A stretch of DNA of 64,000 nucleotides from NCBI GenBank assembly GCA_011391545.1, contig JAABQI010000112.1:357-64356 (forward strand), in the 5' to 3' direction. This stretch comes from Rhodoferax sp. (GTDB lineage: Bacteria > Pseudomonadota > Gammaproteobacteria > Burkholderiales > Burkholderiaceae_C). The notes below the pieces were generated by a model. The model was given only the letters and a program-made list of their open reading frames with translations, made no database searches and was not told where the DNA came from. The translations under genes were made by a program, and so were the position numbers. This document shows positions 9,409 through 19,031 of this stretch, in pieces (the first letter of the stretch is position 1; each line of letters starts with the position of its first letter).

Positions 9409-10482
9409 CTAGTGATTGATTTTCTGGGCGGCCGGCACATCGGCAAGGCGGAAGCGGTAGTGGCCGTCCTCGTCGATCTCGCGCCGCAGCATACCGTCAT
9501 AACGCATCCATGACAGGTGGGCAATCGACTCGCCGAGCGCCAGCATGTCATCGACCGGGCCGCGCAGCCGAGGGAACAGGCACAGCATGGCTTCGAAAGC
9601 AGTGCAGGCGCCGTGCTCCTGTAGGCGGGCGCGCAGCAGGTCGAACTGCTGCGTGTGGTGCTCTCGCAGTTCCTGAGTGCGCGCATGCAGGCCGCGAAAT
9701 ACCCGCTCGTGCGAGGGCAGCACCAGAGTGTCGGGCGCAAGCTGCTCCAGCCGCGTCAGCGATTCGAGCCACAGCTGTAGCGGATTGGCCTCGGGCTCGA
9801 TGCCGGTGACCAGCACGTTGGAGCTGATGCGCGGCAGCAGCTGGTCGCCTGCGATCAGGATCTGGTCCTGCTCGCAGTACAGGCAGGCGTGCTCGGGCGA
9901 GTGGCCCTCGCCAATCACCACGCGCCAAAGGCGCGCACCGAGCTGAATCTCATCGCCGCCGCGCAGGCGGTTGAACGAGCGCGGCTGGGGCGGCATGAAG
10001 GGGTCCTGGCGCATGGCTCGCCACATGCGGTCGATGCGCTCCTGCGGCATGCCCGCGCGCTGGTAGAACAGGGCCTGGGACGGCGGCAACGGATCGGGTT
10101 CGGGCTGGGACAGCGCGCGCATCATGAAGTACTCGCCAAGTGTCATGTAGAGCGGGATGTCAAAGCGCTCGCAGAGCCAGCTCGCCAGGCCGGCATGGTC
10201 ATAGTGCATGTGGGTGCAGACCAGGCGCACGATCGGCAGGCCCTGCAGATGCGTGGCGGCAATGTGCTCCCAGCGCGCGCGGCCGGTGTCGGTGTTGAGG
10301 CCGGTGTCGACCAGGGTCCAGCCCTCATCGCCGCGCAGCAGGTAGACGTTGATGTGGTCCAGCGCCATCGGCATGGGCATGCGCGCCCACAGGATGCCGG
10401 GTGCGACTTCGACCACCGAACCGTCACTGGCTGGCGCGGTGAAGGGGTAGTCGAGCACCACCCGGGCAGGCAGACGGGTCAT
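9409..10482 (-). CDS. Metallo-beta-lactamase-fold hydrolase
   Basis: THMHYDH, GHSPEH, GD, PSH metal-binding motifs. Confidence 0.88.
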   Translation of the reverse strand: MTRLPARVVLDYPFTAPASDGSVVEVAPGILWARMPMPMALDHINVYLLRGDEGWTLVDTGLNTDTGRARWEHIAATHLQGLPIVRLVCTHMHYDHAGLASWLCERFDIPLYMTLGEYFMMRALSQPEPDPLPPSQALFYQRAGMPQERIDRMWRAMRQDPFMPPQPRSFNRLRGGDEIQLGARLWRVVIGEGHSPEHACLYCEQDQILIAGDQLLPRISSNVLVTGIEPEANPLQLWLESLTRLEQLAPDTLVLPSHERVFRGLHARTQELREHHTQQFDLLRARLQEHGACTAFEAMLCLFPRLRGPVDDMLALGESIAHLSWMRYDGMLRREIDEDGHYRFRLADVPAAQKINH

Positions 10483-12278
10483 GCGCCAGCCTTCACCACC
10501 GCCGCATCGAGCGGCAAGTAGGTCTGGAGCTTGTCGTCACGAACGAACAGCGGGTCGCGCACCAGCGCCGCGTCGTAGCCCTCGCGCTGCAGGTCGACCT
10601 TGCGCAGCTTGTAGTTGCCAGTCATGTCGGTGGTCGGCGCGATGCGCAGGAACAGCGGCGCGGCATAACGCGGCAGGCGGTCCAGCGCCAGCGTCCAGAA
10701 GGCCGCCGGGTCAAACTTGGCGCCTGGCTGCAGCACCAGCGCGGCCATGCCGGCGCGGCCTTCAGCGCCGGGCACCTTGACGCCATAGACGGTGATGGCA
10801 TCAAGGCCTGGAAAATCGCCGAGCGCGTCCGCGACCTCGGCGGTCGAGACGTTCTCGCTGTTCCAGCGGAAGGTGTCGCCGATACGGTCGACAAACCAGC
10901 AATAGCCGTCCGCGTCGCAGCGCAGCAGATCGCCGGACGACCACCAGGCGTCGCCCGCGCGAAACACATTGCGCAGAATTTTCTTTTCGGTCGCCTCAGG
11001 CGAGGTGTAGCCCTCGAAGCGGCCACCCACGACGTCGGGGATGTCGATGATCATGCCGATGCCTTCGCCGACCTCGCCGACGTCGCAGAGCTGCAGGAAG
11101 CCGTTCGCGTCGCGCGGATGACTTTCGGTCTCGATGTCGTAGCGCACCAGACGCAAATTGGTCTTTTCCCAGAACGGCACGCGGCCGCAGGAGCCGACGC
11201 GATTGTCGACATTGATGGTGTTGGTGTTCGACTCGGTCGAGCCCCAGCCCTCGTAGATCTCGAACTCGCCGAAGCGCCGGACCCATTGCTCCCAGACCTC
11301 GGGGGCCAAGCCGGCGCCCACCATCTTGCGCAGCGGATGCTGATGGTCGCCGGGCTGCGGCGGCACGGTCAGCAAAAAGCGGCAGACTTCACCGACGTAC
11401 TGGCAGATCGTTGCCCCATGATGGCGCACGTCAAGCCAGAACTCGCTGCGGCTGAATTTGCGCCGCAACAGCAGGCTGGCGCCCGCGGCCAGGGCGGTGG
11501 CGCCGGCCGACAGCGAGGCCGCGCCGTGGTAGAGCGGCAAGAAACAGTAGAAGCAGTCCTGCGCCTGCACATCCATCGTGGCTTGCATGACATCACCGGT
11601 GATCAGCCAGCGGGCGTGGCTGATCACGGCCGCCTTGGGCAGGCCGGTCGTGCCAGAAGTAAATATGTAAAGCGCGGGATCGCCGGCGACCAAAGCGGCG
11701 CGCCACGCGGCGGGCGGGTTGGTGTCTGGCGCCTGGCTCGCAGCCTGCGCGAAGTCCAGCGCGCAGCGTTCGCGCAGGTCCGCCGCAGCGGGGTTCTCGG
11801 CGTCGGGCCACAGCCAGTAGCGCATGGCGGCGGGCAGTTCGGTCGCCGCCAACAGGCCCAGGCACTCCTCACCAAAGACGGCGAGCGTGGCACCCGTGGC
11901 CTCCAGCGCGTGCACCAGCGGCTTGCCGCTGACATTGGTATTGAGAAAGACCAGCCTGACGCCGAGCTTGGTCAAACCCAGCCAGGTGAACAGAAAGGCC
12001 GGCCGGTTTTCCATGCACAGCGCCACCACGTCGCCACAGCGCAGGCCCAGCGCGCGGCCGGCATGAGCGACCTGGTTCATGCGCCGGTTGGTCTCGGCGT
12101 AGTCGTAGCGCTCGGTGCCATACAGAATACAGGGCCGCTCGGCAAAACGGACCGCGCTTTCCTCGACACGCTCGGTGATGGTGTAGGCCTGCGAGGCGCG
12201 GTGGCGCTGGCCGGCGCTGGCCCGGTGGTCAAGCTTGGCCTGCGTCACTTCACGCGGCACGATGAGTGGTGTTTTCAC
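10479..12278 (-). CDS. FATP/very-long-chain-type acyl-CoA synthetase (probable steroid-CoA ligase)
   Basis: YIFTSGTTGLPKAA, QYVGE, GDTFRW.SENVST. Confidence 0.88.
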   Translation of the reverse strand: MKTPLIVPREVTQAKLDHRASAGQRHRASQAYTITERVEESAVRFAERPCILYGTERYDYAETNRRMNQVAHAGRALGLRCGDVVALCMENRPAFLFTWLGLTKLGVRLVFLNTNVSGKPLVHALEATGATLAVFGEECLGLLAATELPAAMRYWLWPDAENPAAADLRERCALDFAQAASQAPDTNPPAAWRAALVAGDPALYIFTSGTTGLPKAAVISHARWLITGDVMQATMDVQAQDCFYCFLPLYHGAASLSAGATALAAGASLLLRRKFSRSEFWLDVRHHGATICQYVGEVCRFLLTVPPQPGDHQHPLRKMVGAGLAPEVWEQWVRRFGEFEIYEGWGSTESNTNTINVDNRVGSCGRVPFWEKTNLRLVRYDIETESHPRDANGFLQLCDVGEVGEGIGMIIDIPDVVGGRFEGYTSPEATEKKILRNVFRAGDAWWSSGDLLRCDADGYCWFVDRIGDTFRWNSENVSTAEVADALGDFPGLDAITVYGVKVPGAEGRAGMAALVLQPGAKFDPAAFWTLALDRLPRYAAPLFLRIAPTTDMTGNYKLRKVDLQREGYDAALVRDPLFVRDDKLQTYLPLDAAVVKAGA

Positions 12279-12319
12279 GCTGTCTCCCTTTCTTATTAGT
12301 GTTGGCCGACAGAGTCGCC

Positions 12320-13501
12320 TCAGCGCACCGGACGCGGCATCTTCAGGCCGAACTGTGCAATCAGCTCGCGCTGGATCTCATTGGTGCCACCGCCAAAGGT
12401 CAGCAGCGTGCTGGCGCGCACTTCGTACTCCAGTTCGCCCAGTAGCAGCGCGGCACTGGAGCCGGCACGCACCAGGGCGCTGGCGCCGACGATGTCGATC
12501 AGCTTGCGCAAAATCTCCAGAACGCTTTCCGAGCCGTAAACCTTGGTGGTCGACGCCAGGGCGACGTCCATGCCACCCGCCTCCAGGTCAGCCGCAATGC
12601 GGAAGTTGATCAGGCGCATCGCCTCCATGCGTGTGTAGCACTCGGCCAGCGAGCGCCGCACCCAGGGCTGGTCCACCGCCCGGCGACCCTGCTCGTCCCT
12701 GGCCTTGGCCCATTGCAGCACCCGGCAAAACGGACCAAACACCTTGTCGGACCAGGAGCCCAGGCCAAGGCGCTCATGGTTAAGTTGCGCGGTGATGAGC
12801 TTCCAGCCGCCATGCAGTTCGCCCACCAGCCGGTCGGCCGGCACCGCCACGTTGTCGTAGTAGGTGGCCGCCGTGAAATTGCCCACGGTCTTGATCAACG
12901 TGTGCGAAAAACCAGGCGCATCGGTGTCCAGAATCAGAATGGAAATGCCCTTGTGGCGTGCCAAGTCGGGACTGGTGCGCGCCGCCAGCCACACATGGTC
13001 GGCCGACTCGATGCCTGAAGTCCAGAGCTTGGCGCCGTTGACGATGAAGCGGCCGGTTTCGAGGTCGCCCTCGAGCCGGGCCTGCGTCTTCAGCACGGCC
13101 AGGTCGGAGCCGGCCTGTTGCTCGGAGTAACCGATGGCAAAGATGGTTTCGCCAGCGGCAATGCCAGGCAAAAAGCGCTCTTTCTGCGCTTGCGTGCCGT
13201 TTTCCATCAGGGCCGGACCGACGGTGCTGATGGTCACGAAGGGCAGCGGCGCGCCGGCGATGTTGGCCTCTTCAAAAAAGATCAGCTGCTCGGTGGCGCT
13301 CAGGCCCTGACCGCCGTGCGCCTTGGGCCAGCCCACGGCCAGCCAGCCGTCGCGGCCCATCTGGCGAACGGTGTTGCGGAAGGTGTCACCGCCTTCGGCG
13401 CCGCGCAGTTCCAGGCGCAGCTCGGGCGTCATCAGGTTGTAGAAATAATCGCGCACCTTCAGGCGAAGGGTGTGCTGCTCGGGGGTGATATCGATGAACA
13501 T
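12320..13501 (-). CDS. Acyl-CoA dehydrogenase, FadE29/Scd2-like subunit (C3 side chain)
   Basis: FAIGYSE..AGSDLA, TFGGGTNEIQRELIA; in an igr-like operon. Confidence 0.88.
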   Translation of the reverse strand: MFIDITPEQHTLRLKVRDYFYNLMTPELRLELRGAEGGDTFRNTVRQMGRDGWLAVGWPKAHGGQGLSATEQLIFFEEANIAGAPLPFVTISTVGPALMENGTQAQKERFLPGIAAGETIFAIGYSEQQAGSDLAVLKTQARLEGDLETGRFIVNGAKLWTSGIESADHVWLAARTSPDLARHKGISILILDTDAPGFSHTLIKTVGNFTAATYYDNVAVPADRLVGELHGGWKLITAQLNHERLGLGSWSDKVFGPFCRVLQWAKARDEQGRRAVDQPWVRRSLAECYTRMEAMRLINFRIAADLEAGGMDVALASTTKVYGSESVLEILRKLIDIVGASALVRAGSSAALLLGELEYEVRASTLLTFGGGTNEIQRELIAQFGLKMPRPVR

Positions 13502-13524
13502 GGTGTGTGTCTCCTTGCCCGGTG

Positions 13525-14703
13525 TCAGGCGTCACCCAGAATCAGGCCGCTGGTCGGCACGCCAGTGCCGGCGGTGACCAGCACGTTGTGCACGTCGCTC
13601 ACTTGGTTAGCCGAGTTGCCTCGCACCTGGCGCACGCCCTCGGCGATGCCGTTCATGCCGTGGATGTAGGCCTCGCCCAACTGGCCGCCGTGGGTGTTGA
13701 TGGGCAGCTTACCGCCACGCGCATGGTGACCGGCACGAATGAAGTCCTTGGCCTCGCCACGCTTGACGAACCCGAACTCCTCGAGCTGCGGCAAGACGAA
13801 AGGCGTGAAGTGGTCGTAGATCACCGCCGTCTGGATGTCGTCGGGGCTCAGGCCGCTTTGCTGCCAGAGCTGCTTGGCAACCAGGCCCATCTCGGGCAGG
13901 CCGGTGATGTCGTCGCGGAAGTAGGAGGTCATGATCTGCTGGCCGTCGCTGATGCCCTGCGCCGCACCCTTGATGACGACTGGCTTTTGCTTGAGGTCGC
14001 GGGCGCGCTCGCTTGACGTGATGACCATGGCCACCGCGCCGTCAGACTCCTGGCAGCAATCGAGCAGGTGCAGCGGCTCGCAAATCCAGCGCGAGGCCTG
14101 GTGCTCTTCAAGCGTGATCGGCTTGCCATGAAAGAATGCGGCGGGGTTGGTGGCGGCGAAGTCGCGCGCGGCCACGGCCACGCGGCCAAAGTCCTCGCTG
14201 GTCGCGCCGTAGCGGTGCATGTAACGCTGGGCGAACATACCGACCCACGCGGCCGGCGTGTGAAAGCCATAGGGCATGTACCAGCCGTAGTTGACGTTCT
14301 CGAAAATCGGCGTCGAGGCAAAGCCGTAGCTGCCGGAACCAAAGCGGTACCAGCTGCGCTCGTTCATGGCGCGGTACACCACCACCGTCTTGGCCACGCC
14401 GGTGGCCACGGCCATGGCCGCGTGCAGCACCGGCGCGCAGGCCGCGCCGCCGCCATGCGGAATTTGCGAGAAGAACTTGACGTCCTTGGCGCCCAGCAGG
14501 CGGGCAATTTCGTATTCGGGCACCTTGTCCACGGTGTAGGACGAGAAACCGTCCACCTCGCTCGGGTCGATGCCGGCGTCGGCCAGCGCGGCCAGCGTCG
14601 CTTCCATGGCCAGGCGCAGTTCGGTGCGGCCGGAGTTCTTGGAGAACTCGGTGGTGCCCAGGCCTGCAATGGAGGCGCGGCCGGAAATTGAGAGATCGTT
14701 CAT
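13525..14703 (-). CDS. Ltp2-like thiolase-fold steroid aldolase
   Basis: IYDHFT, NTHGGQLGEAYIHG; adjacent to MaoC and MaoC-DUF35 genes. Confidence 0.85.
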   Translation of the reverse strand: MNDLSISGRASIAGLGTTEFSKNSGRTELRLAMEATLAALADAGIDPSEVDGFSSYTVDKVPEYEIARLLGAKDVKFFSQIPHGGGAACAPVLHAAMAVATGVAKTVVVYRAMNERSWYRFGSGSYGFASTPIFENVNYGWYMPYGFHTPAAWVGMFAQRYMHRYGATSEDFGRVAVAARDFAATNPAAFFHGKPITLEEHQASRWICEPLHLLDCCQESDGAVAMVITSSERARDLKQKPVVIKGAAQGISDGQQIMTSYFRDDITGLPEMGLVAKQLWQQSGLSPDDIQTAVIYDHFTPFVLPQLEEFGFVKRGEAKDFIRAGHHARGGKLPINTHGGQLGEAYIHGMNGIAEGVRQVRGNSANQVSDVHNVLVTAGTGVPTSGLILGDA

Positions 14704-14731
14704 ATAAGTGTGTGCTCCTGGCTGTGCGGCA

Positions 14732-15136
14732 TCAAGGCAGGGCAACACGCACCGAGCCGATGACGTGGTTGCCCATGGAATTAACGCCTTTGAGCGTGAC
14801 TTCGACCGTGCGGTCGGACGCGCGCTTGTCGGTGACGGCGCCGCTGATGGTCATGGCGTCGCCGGGGTAGTTCGGCACGCCGAGCTTGATCTTCAGGTCG
14901 CACATGCGCCCCAGGGGACCGCTCCAGTCGTCAATGAAGCGCTGCACCAGGCCGTTGGTGGTCAGGATGTTCATGAAGATGTGCGGCGAGCCCAGTTGGC
15001 GCGCGGCGTCCAGGTCGTGGTGGCCGGGAAAGTAGTCACGCGTGGCAATGGCGCCCCCGTTGACCAGCGCCACCGTCACCGGAACGGTCAAGGAGGGCAG
15101 CTCCGCGCCCACTGCGATGTCGTCAAACCGTGGCAT
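14732..15136 (-). CDS. MaoC/hot-dog enoyl-CoA hydratase subunit (ChsH1-like)
   Basis: ATRDYFPGHHD..HIFMNILTT; start MPRFDD after GGAGG RBS. Confidence 0.85.
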   Translation of the reverse strand: MPRFDDIAVGAELPSLTVPVTVALVNGGAIATRDYFPGHHDLDAARQLGSPHIFMNILTTNGLVQRFIDDWSGPLGRMCDLKIKLGVPNYPGDAMTISGAVTDKRASDRTVEVTLKGVNSMGNHVIGSVRVALP

Positions 15137-16295
15137 GGCGGGCCTCCTCTCGGTCGTTGTCGTGTGTGTTGTCGTCTTCGGCAGCGTCATATTTCCATCC
15201 CAGGGTGTCGTTGTCGGCCAGCCAGTCGCCCAGCTTGGCAAGATGATGTTCGGTCCCGCCCAGCGCAACGCCGAGCGCGCGGCTCCAGAAAAGAAAACGG
15301 TGCGCCGGGTAGGTGATGTCCACGCCGATGCCGCCATGCACGTGCTGCGCCATGTGGCCGGCGCGGTGGCCCGTGTCGTTGGCCAGCGCGCGCGTGGCCC
15401 AGGCCTGCGGCGCGGCGCCCAAATTGGCATCGAGCCGGTAGACCAGCTGCCACAGCGAGGTGCGCAGCGCCTCGACGGCAATGTGGCCGTCGGCCATCTG
15501 GCCGGCGACCAGCTGAAAAGTGCCAATGGCGCGGCCAAACTGCTGGCGCTCGCTGACGTATTCAACGGTGCGGCGCAGCTGCTCTTGCGTCACACCCAAC
15601 TGCAGCGCGGCCAGGCAGGCAATTGCGCGCTGCTCGACCCAGCCGGTGGCAGCCAGCGGCAGCACATTGCCCTCGGCAATGACAACGCTGTCAAACGCCA
15701 GGTCGGCCACCGACTGGTGGTGCTGATCCCTGCCCTCGGTGCGCCCAATGCCGTCTTGCAACAAGTCAACCAGCACCAGGCGCATCTGCCCTTGGGCGTC
15801 GGCAGCCAGCAGCGCCTGGCGCGCCTGGGCGCCCAGCGGCACGGCGCTGGCCTGGCCAGTCAAAGTCCAGCCGTCGCCGGCACGCACCAGCCGCAGCGAC
15901 GGACCGCGTGACTGCGACAGCGATTGCAGCGAAAGCGCCACCGGCGCCTCGCCCGACAGCGCATCACCTTGCACCTGCGACAGGGCGGCGGGAGCAAACT
16001 TTGCCAAAGCCGCCAGGGTCAACTGCGGTTCCCACAGCGGCACCAGTGCCAGCGCGCGGCCCTGCTGCTCCAGCACGGCCATCAGCTCGGTCATGCCCAG
16101 CCCCAGGCCGCCCTGTGCTTCGGGAACCATCACGGTGTTCAGCCCGGCAGCCACGCATTGCTGCCATAGCGCCCGCATGAACGGCTCGCTGGAGGCGTCG
16201 TGCTCGCGCAGCTGGTCGTCGCTGCAAAAATCGGCAAACAGGCCCTGCGCCATGTCGGCAAAGGCGCGTTGGTCTTCGCTCAGGTCGAAATTCAT
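15123..16295 (-). CDS. Acyl-CoA dehydrogenase, FadE28-like subunit
   Basis: RQQFGRAIGTFQ, QHVHGGIGVD. Confidence 0.85.
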   Translation of the reverse strand: MNFDLSEDQRAFADMAQGLFADFCSDDQLREHDASSEPFMRALWQQCVAAGLNTVMVPEAQGGLGLGMTELMAVLEQQGRALALVPLWEPQLTLAALAKFAPAALSQVQGDALSGEAPVALSLQSLSQSRGPSLRLVRAGDGWTLTGQASAVPLGAQARQALLAADAQGQMRLVLVDLLQDGIGRTEGRDQHHQSVADLAFDSVVIAEGNVLPLAATGWVEQRAIACLAALQLGVTQEQLRRTVEYVSERQQFGRAIGTFQLVAGQMADGHIAVEALRTSLWQLVYRLDANLGAAPQAWATRALANDTGHRAGHMAQHVHGGIGVDITYPAHRFLFWSRALGVALGGTEHHLAKLGDWLADNDTLGWKYDAAEDDNTHDNDREEARHATV

Positions 16296-17275
16296 GCCGT
16301 CACCCCTTCCGTGGCCGCCACTGGGCGGAATTGCGGCAAAACCAGTTCGCCGTCGTTGAAACTGTTGAACTCGACCTGCACCGCCTGGCCGATCTTCACG
16401 TCGCCCGGTTTGATGCCGACGATTTGTGAGATTAGCCGCGTGCCCTCTTCCAGCTCGACCAGGACGATCGGGTTCGGATGATCGAATGGCGGGACCTCGG
16501 GGTAATGCATCACGACGAAGGAGTAGACCGTGCCGCGTCCCGAGGCTTCAACCGTGTCCCACTCAAACGAATGGCAACTCGGGCAGACTGGGCCGGGCGG
16601 GTGGCGCAACGTGCCGCAGCCCTTGCAGCGCTGGATCAGCAGCTTACCGGCGCGCGCGCCTTCCCAGAAAAAGCGCGTGTCGTCGCTGATGCCGGGCATG
16701 GGGCGCCTGGCTGCGGCTGGCGCTGCGGCCTTGGCCTTGTCAGCGGCGGCGTCAGGCTTCTTGACCGGGTTGGCCGGGAGGAACTTGAAGACACGAAACA
16801 GCAGCTGGCCGACTTCCTCGTCACCCTCGGGCTTTTGCGAGAAAAAGCGCATTACCAGCGTGACAAAGTAGCCGGTGCCCAAGGCCGTGGTTTTTTCCGG
16901 GCTGATGCTGTCGAGCCGGGTCGTGTAATACAGCCGCTCGCCTTCGCGCACGTCACGCCCGAAGCTCAGCTCGGAGTTCACCGCCACCACCGACGCCAGG
17001 CCGTGCGCTTCCATCAGCATCAGCGCCTCGTAGGGGTTTTCGGTGGTCGAGCCGGGCGGGTAGTTGTTGGGCACCAGGCCCTCCATGCACCAGACCTGCA
17101 GCATCGCCGGCGGCGCAATCACTGCGCCCTCCGCGGTGTAGCGCGCGGCGTCCACACCCATCACTTCGCACCATTGGCGAATCATGGGCGCGTTGACCCT
17201 GTCCCAGGCGCAGACCCGCCCGTACTCCTTGCCCACCAGGGCACGAATCTCGTTCATCCAGTCGTGTTCAGCCAA
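16292..17275 (-). CDS. MaoC-like plus DUF35 (Zn-ribbon/OB-fold) hydratase subunit (ChsH2-like)
   Basis: VNAPMIRQW, APPAMLQVW; C-terminal CKGC..CPSC and OB fold; TTG start after AAGGAG. Confidence 0.82.
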   Translation of the reverse strand: MAEHDWMNEIRALVGKEYGRVCAWDRVNAPMIRQWCEVMGVDAARYTAEGAVIAPPAMLQVWCMEGLVPNNYPPGSTTENPYEALMLMEAHGLASVVAVNSELSFGRDVREGERLYYTTRLDSISPEKTTALGTGYFVTLVMRFFSQKPEGDEEVGQLLFRVFKFLPANPVKKPDAAADKAKAAAPAAARRPMPGISDDTRFFWEGARAGKLLIQRCKGCGTLRHPPGPVCPSCHSFEWDTVEASGRGTVYSFVVMHYPEVPPFDHPNPIVLVELEEGTRLISQIVGIKPGDVKIGQAVQVEFNSFNDGELVLPQFRPVAATEGVTA

Positions 17276-17319
17276 GGCCGTACTCCTTTGTTGATTGGTT
17301 TGAGGTGCTGCTGCCGGCG

Positions 17320-18099
17320 TCAGGCTTGACCCGCTTTCGCGGCCGCCAGGAAGGCCGGTTTCTCGCCCCCGCCGTGCAGCAGCAGATTGGTTCCGCTCAG
17401 GTAGGCCGCGCGTGGCGAGGCCACGAACAGGCAGGCCTGGGCGATGTCGGACGGCTCGGCCATTCGGCCCGCCGGAATCGTGGCGCCGACGGCGGCAATA
17501 CCGGCCTCGTCGCCAAAATGCAAATGTGACTGCTCGGTGCGCACCAGGCCCGGGCTGACCGCTACGACGCGCACCCTGGGCGCCCACTCGACCGCCAGCG
17601 ACGACGCCAGGCTCAGCACGGCCGCCTTGGCCGCGCCATAGGCGGCCGTTCCCGGCGACGGCCGCAGCGCGCTGACACTGCCGATAAAGACAATCACGCC
17701 GCCTTCGCCCTGGGTCTGCATCACGGCATTGGCGGCCTGCGCCATGTGCAGCGCAGCCGTCAGGTTCAAGCGGATCACGCCCTCGTGAAAGCGCGGCGAC
17801 ACTGTGGCCGCATCAACAGGCGGGCTGCCGCCCGCGTTGTGCACCAGCACGTCGAGCCGGCCGTGGCTGGCGACGATCGTGCCGACCAGCGCGCGCACAG
17901 CATCGGCCTCACGCACGTCGCAGGCCATGAATTCGGCACTGCGACCGCCAACCTCAGGCAGGGTTTCGGGCTGACTGCGGGCGCACACCACCACCGTGGC
18001 GCCTTCGGCCAGAAAGCCCTCGGCAATGCCGCGCCCGATCCCCTTGGTGCCACCGGTGACCAGCACAATGCGCTGGTCGAATTCGTTTTTCTGTTTCAT
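17320..18099 (-). CDS. SDR oxidoreductase
   Basis: TGGTKGIG, NAGG, YGAAK. Confidence 0.88.
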   Translation of the reverse strand: MKQKNEFDQRIVLVTGGTKGIGRGIAEGFLAEGATVVVCARSQPETLPEVGGRSAEFMACDVREADAVRALVGTIVASHGRLDVLVHNAGGSPPVDAATVSPRFHEGVIRLNLTAALHMAQAANAVMQTQGEGGVIVFIGSVSALRPSPGTAAYGAAKAAVLSLASSLAVEWAPRVRVVAVSPGLVRTEQSHLHFGDEAGIAAVGATIPAGRMAEPSDIAQACLFVASPRAAYLSGTNLLLHGGGEKPAFLAAAKAGQA

Positions 18100-18133
18100 G
18101 GTGTCAAATTTACTGAATGGCTGGCCGCGAAGA

Positions 18134-18151
18134 TACGTCCAAAAGGACGAT
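18134..18151. promoter_or_regulatory. Putative LuxR/TesR box shared by divergent promoters
   Basis: TACGTCCAAAAGGACGAT; 21 nt to TAAATT (minus) and 21 nt to GAACAT (plus). Confidence 0.75.
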
Positions 18152-18208
18152 GTAGCGCCAGCCTCCAGAAAAGAACATCAATGGCATCATCACCAGCAGG
18201 ATTTGCGC

Positions 18209-19030
18209 ATGCCCCACGACTCTTCTCCTCCTTCTGCGGTCCATGCCCCGGACCAGGCCGGCAGCGAACTGCTGGTCGAATGCCGGGATGATGGCGTCGC
18301 CCTGGTGCGCATGAACCGGCCCCAGGCCACCAATGCGCTGAGTCTGAACCTGCAGGCGCTGCTCTCAAACGCATTCACCCGACTGGCTGCGGACCCGTCG
18401 GTGCGCGCCATCGTGCTCACGGGCGGCGACAAGGTGTTCGCCGCCGGCGGCGACATCAAGGGCCTGGAGGGCGCCGGTCCGATCGAGATCATGGAGCGCC
18501 ACACGGAGCGCGTCTGGGCGCCCATCGAGCGCTGCCCGAAACCCATCATCGCGGCGGTCTGCGGCTACGCCTATGGCGGCGGGGCCGAGCTGGCCATGCA
18601 CTGCGACATCATCCTGGCGGGCGAGGGCGCGAGCTTTTCGCAGCCCGAGATCCGCATCGGCATCATGCCCGGCATCGGCGGCACGCAGCGGTTGGTGCGC
18701 GCCGTGGGCAAGTTCAACGCCATGCGCTTGCTGCTGACCGGCAAACCGGTCAGCGCCCAGGAGGCGCGCCTGATGGGCCTGGTCAGCCAGGTGCTGCCCG
18801 ACGACCAGGTGCTGGCCGAGGCCCTGAAGATGGCGGCACTGATCGCCGCCATGCCGCCGCTGGCGGCCATGCAGATCAAGGAAGTGGTGCTGGCCGGCGT
18901 GGACGCCTCGCTGGAAACCGCGCTGATGCTCGAGCGCAAGGCCAACCAGTTGCTGTTTGCCACGCGCGACCAGAAGGAAGGCATGCAGGCCTTCATCGAG
19001 AAACGCAAACCAAAGTTCGAGGGACGATGA
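18209..19030 (+). CDS. Enoyl-CoA hydratase (crotonase family)
   Basis: FAAGGDI, GGGAELAM, PEIRIGIMPG.GGTQRL. Confidence 0.9.
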   Translation: MPHDSSPPSAVHAPDQAGSELLVECRDDGVALVRMNRPQATNALSLNLQALLSNAFTRLAADPSVRAIVLTGGDKVFAAGGDIKGLEGAGPIEIMERHTERVWAPIERCPKPIIAAVCGYAYGGGAELAMHCDIILAGEGASFSQPEIRIGIMPGIGGTQRLVRAVGKFNAMRLLLTGKPVSAQEARLMGLVSQVLPDDQVLAEALKMAALIAAMPPLAAMQIKEVVLAGVDASLETALMLERKANQLLFATRDQKEGMQAFIEKRKPKFEGR

Positions 19031-19031
19031 C

